Positions 1 to 12,399 are shown, numbered from the whole stretch's first letter. The stretch: 45,455 nucleotides of DNA, filler included, from Jimgerdemannia flammicorona (GCA_003990765.1; 2 parts of 2 records of this genome joined end to end with filler, not necessarily neighbours in it); one strand, 5' to 3'. Notes: generated by a model not told the origin, from the letters alone. Made by a program: numbers and translations.

Positions 1-1388
1 CCCCCTACCCCTTCTTGGTGAAAGACCACTTTATCCAACACCATCGCCACCCACCCACCACTCTGTTCACAGATCCCTTCCACCAAATGGTGGCACTGCC
101 CACCTTGTGGTCCCCATCCAACCCACCACCCCATCAGCAGATCCGCCACCAACTCCTCCCATCTCCACAACTTCTCCTGTATCCCTATCTGTCTCCCCTC
201 CTCAAAAACAAAAAGCCAAAGTCCAGCCAACCCCACCCATACCGCCACAATCCATCCTACAGTAAGCCACCAATTGCCAACACCACCCACAAGTCTAGAT
301 TCTAAATCTTCCCAGCGACCTCTCTCCCCATCTGGTCTCCTTTCAACCCCTGGCCGGTCTCCAATAGCTATCCAAAAGTCCTACAGCACCTCACATTCCC
401 CCAGCCAATGTTCCGGCGTTTGTACAAATCCCCCAGCTTGCCAAACATTATAACACTCCTCACAATCCAGCTGACCACCATCCACCAGATGCCCAGCATG
501 GAAGTTCAACATAACATTCCTCTGCAACATCCACCACCACACTACCCAGAATTTGGGAGGAAGCCATTGCCACACCTTGGTACTCCAAGACCAGATCCCT
601 GCCCAATTCCACTCCTCACCAATCCTCACCACCTGCCAGCTGCTCGGCCAAAGATCCTGGCCCATTCGCCGCTGACACTCCACTCCATCTCCAATGTCAA
701 ACTCAGTGAGTGAAACTCCCCCTAGAAGCAGACAGTCCCATCTCCACATAGCCGGACCCCATACCACCTCCCCCTCATTACCATGCCAGTGCAAGCCTAT
801 CCAGTGCGCTCCATCGACCACTCCCCACCAGAAGCCCTTATACCATAACCGTCGGCTCCCATTCAGATCCACCAAAGAGAGTAGATCACCTGAGGACCCC
901 CGGGGGGAGACTCTCCTCTCCGACACCTTCTTCATCAACGGTACCCAACCCCCACCCTGCAGCTCGACAGCCCTTCTCAACCACCAAGCTCGCAAGCAGT
1001 GTAGGCACTTAGGGAAATCAATAAGGCCCAGGCCTCCCCTAAGCACTTGCTCAACAAGGGTATCCCAACTGATCTGGGCCCTTCTACCCACCCAAATCCA
1101 ATCCCTAGCCAGTTTCATCAACCTCTTCACCACCCAAGCAGGAAAGTCTAAGTGATATGCCACATACCACAGCTTGAGGAACCAATATACATTCAGAATC
1201 GCCACCCGCCCCGCCAGGGAGATGTGATGACCCCCCCAGCCTTTCAGAGCCTCCCCCCAAATGTCCACCCTCCTCTCCCACCATGCCCATGGCAGGACTG
1301 AACCATATAAAGAGAGGAAGATACCTAGATACCACACTACCTCTCCCTTGGGGACAATTGTTCCAATGACATCCCCTTCCACCAGCCC
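1..1388 (-). mobile_element. L1/Tx1-like LINE, 3' part of ORF2 (post-RT region and Cys/His C-terminus); copy A
   Basis: ORF 381..1382 has YLGI, W...ISLAGRVAIL, SWDTL...GGLGL and a terminal C-x2-C...H-x4-C, typical of L1-clade ORF2. Homologous to 23455-24520. Runs off the window start. Confidence 0.85.
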
Positions 1389-1389
1389 A

Positions 1390-1710
1390 ATGTGTTTGGA
1401 TCCTCACTCATTCCTTGGTATGTTGTATTGAGCTGATCCTTCAGAGCTTGCTTGATCTCATCTGTATAATAGGTATTTTGGAGCCAGGTCTTCTGTGCTG
1501 TCAGTATAGCATCGGCATCATTTTTTGCATGGGTTGTAACTGTGAATGCTGCTCTAGCAGGACCTCATAGGCTGAAGGGCATGAGGGCTACTTGCTGTGC
1601 TGCTGTCAGGGTCCTTACAGCAGCATACTGCTCGAAATCATCAATGAAGGTAATGATTGATTCATCTGAGGTATATCCATGGAATACTGGTGGTCTCATA
1701 TCCATTTTGT
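1390..1710 (-). pseudogene. Ty3/gypsy gag N-terminal fragment
   Basis: Minus strand reads MRPPVFHGYTSDESIITFIDDFEQYA...DEIKQALKDQLN. Homologous to the gag at 39860-40160 and lies downstream of an LTR and PBS. Confidence 0.75.
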
Positions 1711-1799
1711 CTGAGTATTGGGGCTTGGTTTATGTAGTTGCTCAGGGGGTGATTGTTCATTGTTCAGCTTGAAAGTGAGGGATTCATCTTGAATTACCA

Positions 1800-1813
1800 G
1801 CCAATGGGCACCA
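1800..1813 (-). promoter_or_regulatory. Primer-binding site TGGTGCCCATTGG
   Basis: TGG-initiated motif 3 nt after the LTR end. The same PBS and leader occur at ~4833-4845, ~6640-6652 and 39742-39754. Cognate tRNA not identified. Confidence 0.7.
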
Positions 1814-1816
1814 AGT

Positions 1817-2276
1817 TGTAATGTAGCAGACGCTTACTCTTGAAAGTATGTCAGATTTCTGTATCTTGAATACTTGATCTTCTCTGACTCCTTGGAGTCC
1901 TTGGGATGCAGGGGTGGATGAGTTCAAAGTGTATCTGCCCACAGGCTTACTAGTTCCTTTGCTACCTCTTTGCTTTTGAACTATTTCGATCTGAGGTTTA
2001 TTCACTCTAAGATACTGGGTTATTTATACAAGTTTGCTAGCTATAAGGTGGCTAAGTAATGGCTCATTTCGTAAGTATTGAATCTTTTAACATCTGCTAA
2101 GATTTTGCTGATTGCGAAGATTCTAACATCTCCTAAATCTTTGCAAATGTTAAAGTTTCTACACTTTGTAGAATATGACTGCTATTTATGTGACTATATT
2201 GGGAATTGGATTCAGGTACCGCAATCAAATGTCCAATTCCCCTGTTTCACATTACTAATTCGGATCAGCCATCACA
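1817..2276 (-). repeat. 5' LTR of a gag-bearing gypsy element (LTR family A)
   Basis: TG...CA ends. Near-identical to 5521-5976 and 6656-7111 except at the U3 tip. Contains TATAAA and AATAAA on the minus strand. Confidence 0.85.
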
Positions 2277-2991
2277 ATATATATATCATAGTATTGCTAA
2301 CTTCTACTCAGTATAAATATTCTTGTCTAGTAGTATTGATTATTATATATACTATTTCTATAGCTATATAGTTGAATTAGTCAGCTATGCTATTCTGCTG
2401 AGATATATAGAGAGCTATTGTCTGATGATATATACTATGTTTCAATTAGAAATTATCTAAATTAGCTATTTATATTCTCCTGGCCATTGTTAGAATATAT
2501 AGTATACATATATTCTATATTCTGTTTTATTCTCAGTAATTATTTTAAATTTTTTGAATTTCTCTAAAGCATTGCTCTTTACTATTAGTAAATATATATA
2601 TGTCTTATATATATTATTATCAATAAATATCTAAAAATATCTCTTACTAGACTATAATATTATATATATATATTGCTCTATATATATTAGTATTAATATG
2701 ATCTAGAATAACTGAGGCATACTTTAATATTCTTCAAACAGATGCTGCAATACTCTATTTATCATATAATCCTCACATAAACTATCATTTATACCAGTAA
2801 TCTACTTATCAAGCTACTTCTTATTATTCTTTTGAGACTCAAAATGCTAATATATCTTAAATACTTATAACATATATGGTATAGTAATTGTGATATATGC
2901 AGAGGTATTTGCTCTATTTGGTATATTATTAATAATATAAAGATTGTCTCATTTCAAAGAGTTATCAACTATTTGTTATAATTATTACTAT

Positions 2992-5236
2992 TGTAACAGT
3001 GCAGATGTAGAGCTGGGTAAGTTGGACAGATTTTATGTAGGGAGAGAAAGAATATGTAAAGAAAACTTTTTTAAATTGAACTGACTTGATCTGACTGTAC
3101 TGACTGAGGTTTATTCACTCTAAAATACTAGGTTATTTATATAGATTTGTGTGCTAATTCTGCTACTAAATATGTGGCTAAGTATTAAGTCTTTTCATGT
3201 GAAATTCTCAGATAGAATCTCATATAAAATCCTATCTGAAATTCATGAAAGTAAAAGAGTTTCACTGATAATGTTTTAGATGCAGTGTCCACAGTAAAAG
3301 ACTATACTAAATTGGAAATCAGATTCAGGTACCACAATCAAATGTCTATTTCCTGTTTCTATTTCATACCATATGTCACATCCTCCCCCTGAATAAGTTA
3401 TTTTTGACACAAAAATACCCATTCAAATTCCTATTATGTTTACACATTTGTTCCCCCTATATGGACTTGAATCTTAATTCAGCCAGTTCAGGCAAAATTT
3501 GGGTGACAGCCTTCAAAAATCAGGTGGCAGCATCTTTAAGAATCAGGTGGCAGCTCATCATCAAATTCTTCAGGGCAGTCCATTCCATTCATATGTCATC
3601 AAAAGTCGGATGGTGTTCTTCACTTGAGTGGTTCGTATACGACGTCTTTTTAATTCTCCATGGCAGTCCATTCGTATGTTGGACAGTATTCTTCACTTGG
3701 GTGATTCATATATGATGTCTTTTTAATTCTTCGGGGCAGTCTATTCCATTTATATGTCATCAAAAGTCGGATGACATTCTTATGTTGGGCGGCATTCTTT
3801 ACTCAGGAGGTTCATATATGATGTCTTTTAATTCTCCGGGGTGGTCCATTCATATGTTGGGTGATATTCTTCACTCGGGCAGTTCATATATGACATCTTT
3901 TTAATTCTTTGGGGTGGTCCATTCGTATGTTGGGTAGTATTCTTCACTCAGGTGGTTCATATATGATGTCTTTTTAATTCTTCAGGGTGGTCCATTCTGT
4001 TTGTATGTCATCAAAAGTCAGGTGGTATTCTTATGTCATTAAAAGTTGGGTGGTATTCTTATGTTGTCAAAAGTCGGGTGGCATTCTTCACTCAGGTGGT
4101 TCGTATATGATGTCTTCAGCTCTCCGTGGTGGTCCATTCATATGTCAGGTAGTATTCTTCACTCAGGCAGTTCATATATGATATCTTCAGTAGGGCGGTC
4201 TATTTGTATGTTGTGGGACATTCTTCAAAAGTGGTAGTGGTAGCATTCGGCATAGTGGTTTATTTGGCGTTTTTTAGCGATTAATTCTTGTAATGTTGTC
4301 CCTCGAACTAAGGAGTGACCCAGCTATTAACTCAATGATGCAGTCCTTTACAGAGCATCTATTGTTCAATACTGATGGTTCACAGAAATGAGGCTGACAA
4401 CCAGAATAACCAATTAACAGCAGATGGTACAGACAAATAATGTCTTCAAAATTCGGGTGGCAATGGCAGTCTGTATGGCGGTCTGTATGTTATTTGCTTT
4501 GGGCATTCATCTTTTTTAAAATCAGGTAGCAGTGGCAGTCTATACAGTGGTCCATTTGGCATGGTAGTTTGTTCAGTGTTTTTTGGCAATTATTTCTTGT
4601 AACATTGTCCCCCAATTAAGGAGTGACCCAGCTATTTACTCAATGATATGGTTCTTTGCAGAGCATCTATTGTTCAATACTGATGGTTTATAAAAACAAG
4701 GCTGACAACCAGAACAACCAATTAATAGCAGATAGTGCAGACAAACACCATGTGTGACATGACAGTCTGTACAGCAGTCTGGTGGTTATTCATTTTTCAG
4801 CTTAAAAGTGAGGATTTATCTTGAATCACCAGCCAATGGATACCAAGTTATAATGGTATAGACGCAGAGCTTGGTAAGTTGGATGGATTTTGTGTGGTGA
4901 GAGAAAGGATATGTAAAGAAGACTTTTTGAATTGAACTGATTTAATCTGACTGTACTGACTGAGGATTATTCACTCTAAAATACTGAGTTATTTATATGG
5001 ATTTGTGCACAAATTCTGCTACTAAATATATGGCTAAGTATTAAGTCTTTTCATATAAAATTCTCAGATAGAATCTCATGTAAAATCCTAACTAAAATTT
5101 GTGAAAGTAAAAGAGTTTCACTGATAATGTTTTAGATGCAGTGTCCACAGTAAAAGACTATACTAAATTGGAAATCAGATTCAGGTATCACAATCAAATA
5201 TCTATTTTCTGTTTCTATTTCATACCATATGTCATA
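2992..5236 (-). mobile_element. Non-autonomous LTR retroelement NA2
   Basis: LTRs 2992-3380 and 4849-5236. PPT at 3381-3393, PBS at ~4833-4845, CTAT TSD at 2988-2991 and 5237-5240. Non-coding interior. Confidence 0.9.
3550..4210. repeat. Tandem array of ~72-74-bp units with longer variants
   Basis: Recurring ttcttcactcrggyrgttcatatatgatgtctttttaattc near 3617, 3690, 3796, 3867, 3941, 4086 and 4156. Confidence 0.85.
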
Positions 5237-5496
5237 CTATATAGACTACATATATATAGTAATATATATCTTCTCATTACTATATGATATTATCTTGCCT
5301 ATGAAAAGGAATTTCTTTCCTATCTCTAGAGTGTACAATATATCTATAAGAGTAGTAGTAGGCTCAGTAATATTGTCATAAAGATATATCTCTTTATTCT
5401 CTTATCTTAGATATATATTACATTATTATTATCTAGTTTAATAAGTTCTAGATATTTAAATAACTTATATATAAAGAACTATTTTCTATATACTAT

Positions 5497-8480
5497 TGTT
5501 GAGATGGCAACTTAATATATTGTAATGTAGCGGATGCTTACTCTTGAAAGTATGTCAGATTTCTGTATCTTGAATACTTGATCTTCTCTGACCCCTTGGA
5601 GTCCTTGGGATACAGGGGTGGATGAGTTCAAAGTGTATCTGCCCACAGGCTTACTAGTTCCTTTGTTATCTCTTTGCTTTTGAACTATTTCGATCTGAGG
5701 TTTATTCACTCTAAGATACTGGGTTATTTATACAAGTTTGCTAGCTAGAAGGTGGCTAAGTAATGGCTCATTTCGCAAGTATTGAATCTTTTAACATCTG
5801 CTAAGATTTTGCTGATTGCGAAGATTCTAACATCTCTTAAATCTTTGCAAACATTAAAGTTTCTGCACTTTGCGGAATATGGCTGCTATTTATGAGGCTA
5901 AGCTATATTGGGAATCGGATTCAGGTACCGAGATCAAATGTCTATTTCCTGTTTCGATTTCATACCATATGTCACATCTTCCCCCTGAATAGGTTATTTT
6001 TGACACAAAAATATCTATTCAAATTCTTATATTGCAATGTTTATATATTTGTTCCCCCTACATGGACTTGTTTATAATATTGTATCCAAGTGGTTGTCAG
6101 AATGTTTTTCGAGGTCCCAAAAAATCTTCAAATAATTAATTCAGGATGTCGTCAAAAAGTCAGGTGGGTGATGGCATCTTCAAAAATCGGGTGGTGTTCA
6201 TATGTTGGGAGGCGTTTGTATTTCGTCAAAAGTCGGATGATGGCATTTTTCAAAAGTTGGGTGGCATTCTTCACTCGGGCAGTTTATATGACGTCTTTTA
6301 ATTCTTTGTGGTGATTTGTTTGCATTGGTATATTGTCAAAAGTCAGATGATGGCATCTTCAAAAGTCGGGGTGATGGTATCTTCAGTTCTCCAGGGCGGT
6401 CCATTCCATTCGTATGTCATCTCAGGAGGTTCATATACAACATCTTTTAATTCTTCATAGCAGTCCTTTGGATGGCGGTTTGTTTGGCATTTCGGCCATT
6501 AATTCTTATAACATTGTCCCTCGAACTAAGGAGCAACCCGGCTATTAACTCAATGATATGGTCCATACAAGGTGCGATAGTCTGTATGGTGGTTATTTGT
6601 TTTTCAGCTTAAAAGTGAGGATTTATCTTGAATCACCAGCCAATGGGCACCAAGTTGTAACATAGCAGATGCTTACTCTTGAAAGTATGTCGGATTTCTG
6701 TATCTTGAATACTTGATCTTCTCTGACTCCTTGGAGTCCTTGGGATGCAGGGGTGGATGAGTTCGAAGTGTATCTGCCCACAGGCTTACTAGTTCCTTTG
6801 TTATCTCTTTGCTTTTGAACTATTTCGATCTGAGGTTTATTCACTCTAAGATACTGGGTTATTTATACAAGTTTGCTAGCTATAAGGTGGCTAAGTAATG
6901 GCTCATTTCACAAGTATTGAATCTTTTAACATCTGCTAAGATTTTGCTGATTGCGAAGATTCTAACATCTCCTAAATCTTTGCAAACGTTAAAGTTTCTG
7001 TACTTTGTGGAATATGGCTGCTATTTATGAGGCTAAGCTATATTGGGAATCGGATTCAGGTACTGAGATCAAATGTCTATTTCCTGTTTCGATTTCATAC
7101 CATATGTCACAATATTAATATTAGACTTATATCAGTTTTATATCATTTTTCAGTAATGTATGAAATATATAATCTATACAACTTCAATAAAATCATCTCT
7201 CTTTTACAACAAAGATTATGAGTCCCACTAGAACTAAGTAGCTATAATATCTCTTTAATATTCACTATGCTAGAAATATCAGATATTCAGCCTAGTAATA
7301 TAGATACATATATCAATTATGAGCATTCCCCCAAATATAATCTTAATTGGTATGAGAAATGCAGTCCTAGTTATAAGTGTAAATATAGCCAAGAGGTCTA
7401 TTCTGATCTTTGATAAGATAGATTGCATTATATGAGCATTTTATATGACAAATATTCTTGATGAATTTAGCTTTGCAGAGCATACAAAGTCATAAGTACT
7501 GATTAAAGGTTATGATACTACAAAAAATTACTAAGCATTATATGAGATCATATTCATATTTGCAAATTCTTAAAATAAAGCTTGAAATGTGGGAAACTCT
7601 ATATAATCATTATATAAGTATCTACATCAAATTAAATTCATCTAAAATCTCAGCTATTTAATATATAAATAAAATCTAAGGAGAGTATTTCTAAATATAC
7701 TAGTTTCATATATTGACAATCAAGTGAATCAAGTGAATTCTCTCACCACATCTGCAGATTGTATTAGCAATAAAGAAAGTGTTATAGTACATAGAAGAGG
7801 ACTTTCAGATTTATATAATATTATTATTATAGTTATGCATAAGAGTGGCAGACTCATAGACTATGTCCACATGATAATGAGACTTATAAATTAGAAAATA
7901 CATCAAGGAAATAGTGGCAATAATGATGAAAACACCTTCAATAGGTCCTACCAAATAAGCTCAAAAGTACAGACAATAAGGCCAATATACTCAAATACAA
8001 AATTAATATAATAATCACCAGTCTACTCAATCAACCAAATATATATGATAATTACTGTGAATACTACAGCAAGTATAGATACAGGAAGTACAATTGCTAT
8101 TATAGGGAAAATGTTAAGGAGAGTAGTGAAAATAAGTTTGGAAAAAGTCAGTTTAGGTATAGATATTATTGAGATAAAGGAAAGTGTAATAATGCAAAAA
8201 TTGCTAAAACTGATAGTGGAGACATATTTTTCATACAAGTAACATATATAAATAACCATATTCCTACTATGAGTTCTATCAGCATAAGATCTATTAGTAG
8301 TTTCAAACCTATCAAATCTACCAACCCATTATCTATAACTAAGTATTGCCTTATTCTAGATCATTTCAGAGTTTGTTTCTACTATCCTAAAAGTATTAAC
8401 ATACTTTATTTTATCTTAAATATTTTATATAGTTTTAATATGCAAATTTATTTATCTAAGACCTATGTATGAGGCATTGC
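5497..8480 (+). mobile_element. Decayed Ty1/copia 5' part (short LTR split by NA1, PBS, gag)
   Basis: LTR 5497-5520 plus 7116-7211 matches the reverse complement of 22303-22429. It is followed by the copia-type PBS-like gattatgagtcccactag. Downstream sequence is homologous to 21100-22280. The 3' limit is approximate. Confidence 0.7.
5521..7111 (-). mobile_element. Non-autonomous LTR retroelement NA1 (TRIM-like)
   Basis: LTRs 5521-5976 and 6656-7111. PPT tcttccccctgaa at 5977, PBS at ~6640-6652, ATAT TSD. ~680-bp non-coding interior related to NA2. Confidence 0.9.
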
Positions 8481-8589
8481 AAATATAAAATATAGTTATA
8501 ATAAATAAATATCTTTGGCTCTCACAGAGTCCCCTTTAGCTATTTTGAAAGCTTGGCAGTTTGTCTCTTCTTATAACACACTTGATTAT

Positions 8590-9240
8590 AAATGATGAAC
8601 AACTCCAGCAACAATAACTTAATTAGACTGCTTTGGCCAAATATGCTAAATTTCTTTAACAGAGTATTGAGGTTGTCACAGTCAGCCTCTGCTCTCTTCT
8701 GCTAGATCCAGAGGTTGTAAATAAGTATGAGTAACAATACATCATTGATGCCCTCTTTCTATAATGCTACAAAGAATACCCTAGCACCTCCTCCTCTATC
8801 TCAAGAGATAGCTCTGACAGCATGGACCTCTAAAACAATGATTCTGATAGTAGCAATGATGAATTTCTTACTACTGTCAAGACATTGGACATTGGCCAAT
8901 ATTACATCCCCCTGACTTTCTCCAATGTGATCCCTGATGAATATGTCAAGGTCAACCTCGCCTCTACTAGTTTCTGAAAACTACTCTATTGCAATCCTAA
9001 GCCATAATGGGGAGTTTTCTACACTCTCTCTGTTGATGATACCTTTACTGATAATTTCAGCAAGGCAGCTAAAGAAGCTTTCAAGGTTCTTGCTGAGACC
9101 CAACAAGTAATCCACAATATCCTTAGACCTATTGTCATCACCCTCTATACTCTCAAGCTATGGGCAGAGCAGCTAATCTCTACTATAACAGGTTAATTCA
9201 TTAAGCTATCATTATACCTCTGGTGGAAAAGTTGCAGGAT
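8590..9240 (+). pseudogene. Stop-riddled ORF of unknown origin, possibly a retroelement gag-like fragment
   Basis: One frame stays protein-like across CAA/CAG/CGA-derived stops (...FKVLAETQQVIHNILRPIV...). Composition differs from the flanking copia DNA. Confidence 0.3.
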
Positions 9241-10561
9241 TCCCTTCAAATCAGTTTCTATAAGGCTGAACATATTCAGATCTATAGATAGGTTGAGCTT
9301 GTCAAGTCAGCTAGCTAGTCTTCTCTCATCTCTATATGCTATACCTTAGTCTCTGGGTCAGAATAGAACTATTATCTCTTTAGTACTAAATTCATCAGTT
9401 ATTTTCAGAATAATACCAAATACTAAAGACACTTCAGTATAGCTCATATGGTCTATACATTTTACTGTCTAGATCTTACTGGTATATCTCAATAACTTCC
9501 TAATTCTGAATGAGTTCTCAGTAAATATTAGAGTGCCTTTACTTATTCTTTATAGAGGATCTCTTATTGATATATGTTTCAACATTATCTTCATCTTTAA
9601 TCTTTATTATTCTTAGTTCAGATAACTCTGGCTGAGGCTCAGATATATATAGTAGTTGAAAATCATTTGGATTAATCACTGGAGAGGTTGGAGATGATCA
9701 CTGGAATATAGAAATCCTGATAGATATATCTATATGAGATTCTTGATTTTCTTTTTCTCTGAATTGTACATTATGCAAAATAACTATATTATATAGATTT
9801 CAGAGTCTATATGCTTTGCCAGAATACTCCAAAAATATATACTTGTCAACTTTTGGTTTAAACTTATTCCATTTGGCAATACTCTTATCAAGAATAATAT
9901 ATATATTATATCTGAATATATATAGTATGATATGTATATCTGACTTAGATCTGCTACATAATTCTTCAAGGCTAAGATCATTATTTCTATACATATCATT
10001 GCTAAATTTCTTACTAAGTACTTAAGAAGTATATCAATTATAGATATATACTTCTGTATAAATAGCTTTAGCCTAATAAGAATACAATAATCTGGTAATA
10101 TTAATTATCATTTGAGCCATTTCAATAATTGTAAGATTAAATTGCTTGGCTATATCATTTTGCTGAAATATATAAAGAGCTGTTATTTAATAGTATATGC
10201 AGTATTTTTTCAGAAACTGCTTGAGAATATCATTGATATATTTGTATTATTTATCAAATCATATAGTGTACACTTGATGTTCTGTCTCATTCTTGATAAT
10301 CACTTTGAATTCTTTCAAATTATCCAAGGCTTAACTCATAATCAATAGGAAATATATATATCCTATATATATAATCATCAATAAATAAAATAAAATACTT
10401 CTTTCTAGAGTATGATAGTATATATATCAGCCTACATATATCTAAATGCAAGGTTGAGGATTCTAAATATGCACTTTAATTGTTTCTCAAATAGTTGCCA
10501 AGATGTCTTGTTTTCCATATATATGTACCTTATAAAACCTATCCTCTACATATATATGTAT

Positions 10562-11784
10562 TGTAATGTGCCTGGCTCAATAGAGGCCAATTATAAGGTT
10601 GGAGATTGATGTAGTTTGGCTTGAGCCCCCAGTTACTTTGTTAAAAGCAATAAAATGTTCTTGGTGTTTAGTGGTATAATAGTCAAGAACTAGATACTAT
10701 GCAAGTGGTTTCCTTTTTGGGACAGATTCTTGGGTGTAGTGGCAGTTTGTGTAAGTGGTTTCCTTCTTGGATGGCAGTCAATTTATATGTAGCATGAGTG
10801 GGTTCCTTATCCAGATCAACTGGGAATGCTATGATTTTGTGTAGCACTATGATCTCTGTATGATGGTCTGGCAATTTAGCAGTTCTCCTTCTTGAGTGAC
10901 AGGTGATCTCTGTGTAGTATGACAATTACCAAAAGTATGCGATTTCTGGTAGATGGCTTGATTTGGCATGGCTTTCCTGAAACAGCAGCTTACTGAGAAT
11001 TATACTGGCAGCAGATAACTCAATAACTTGGGCTCACTAGGGACAAATAACTTGGAGGTCATGGAAACTCAGATGACATGAATCGAGTTCTTCTGGGAAT
11101 GCAGATAACTCAAAAACAATGGCTTCAACTGAGAATTAACTTGGATGGCATAGATTCTTCCTGAATTGGTGGCTTCAACTGAGAAACAGCAGCAAAGTTC
11201 TTCCTTGAACTTGGGCAGCAAATCTTTAGGCTTATCTAGTAAGTGAATGAAAAATGGACTCATTCTTTGTATTGGAAAGTGGACCAGAGTGGAAAAAGGG
11301 AACCAATGCTCACAATCTCCTAGTAGTGGATTTAGAGCAGGTATTTCTCCTAAGTGTTGCAATCCTTCCTGGATCAAGTGGCTTTTGGCAGGTGTATCTC
11401 TCAAAGTATAGTAGGCAGACTTGCCTTTTGCTTTTTGGATTCAATTTCGGACTCTTCTTTGTATCAGAAAGCAAACCAGAGTTCAAATGTGTTCTGAATT
11501 TCGGACTGAGGTTTATTCACTCTTGTCTCTGGGGTATTTTATACATTGTGGTTGCTATCTGATTATATCTGGCTAACTATAGTTTTGCTATGTTTGGGTG
11601 GACAGCCACTGTCCGGCGGACAGTCACTGTCCAGGAAACAGCCACTGTTCACATTATTCCCTTTTCTAGCTATCTGGTTATTTATACATTTTTTCACAGC
11701 AATTATTGCTGGTTACTATGCTATGCTAATGTTCACATCACCCAGTTAGGTTTTGAGGTTGCAATGTTTTTGTAGTTTGTCACA
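10562..11784 (-). repeat. 3' LTR (family B)
   Basis: Direct repeat of 19317-20539 with TG...CA ends. PPT-like tccttcagtgggggctga adjacent at 11785-11802. Confidence 0.95.
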
Positions 11785-11823
11785 TCAGCCCCCACTGAAG
11801 GATAGTCTGTCCCAGACTGTTCT

Positions 11824-12330
11824 TCAGTCACCATCCCAATAAGCATAAGTTGCTTCTACATCTATGTCTATTCCATCATCTTCATTGTCTGTACCAGGGT
11901 CACTCCATTCTAACTCTGAATCTTCTTCTTGTCCTTTGGGGAATAGGATGTCCACCTGTTGAAGAATACTCTGAAAGGTGGTCTCATTCATCTGATGAAT
12001 ATCATTGAGGTAGAAGTGAGACTGCACCAGGGCACCAATATTTCATTTGTACAAGGTATCGATTCATTTGGCAGTTCTTGCTTCTTGACAAGTTATGCCA
12101 GCTAGTTCTCCAATATATGGCTATTCTTGAAGTAGTTGTTTGATATTGTAGAAGGCCTGTAGATAGTGGATCTGTAACAATCTTTGAGTGATGACAAAGT
12201 TCTCTTGATGCTTCTGGATCAATTGTATTGGAATTCCTTCAAGTTGGTGAAACTGGGGTAAGGAAACTGGTAGAGCCTAGAAGAAGCTGAGGACCAATGT
12301 CTGAAGATGCTGATCAATCCTTTGGCTCAT
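11824..12330 (-). pseudogene. Extra ORF3 between integrase and PPT (~168 aa, acidic tail)
   Basis: ATG at 12330 is in frame with ORF 11824..12027. Internal TAG/TGA stops are consistent with C-to-T changes from CAG/CGA. Confidence 0.6.
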
Positions 12331-12399
12331 GGTGTAGAGGGAAAATATAGTTTGAGGTGATTGATGTATACTGGTATTCTCAGGATTCGTCCATCCATA

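Larger units (their letters stand above)
2277..5496 (-). mobile_element. Highly decayed Ty1/copia pol fragment (2277-2991 and 5241-5496), interrupted by an LTR element
   Basis: Alignable by eye to ~10030-10561 and 20544-21000 (e.g. 2796 agtaatctacttatcaagctacttc vs 20545 agtaatctatttattagactacttc). Extremely TpA-rich. Confidence 0.6.

Noticed and set aside
1784..2005. Three-copy small ORF MNKPQIEIVQKQR
   Set aside because: Lies within the repeated LTR, starts at a GTG in the AATAAA block and crosses the LTR boundary.
3550..4210. Array as CRISPR or as a coding repeat
   Set aside because: The whole unit repeats with no spacers, and unit lengths do not preserve a reading frame.
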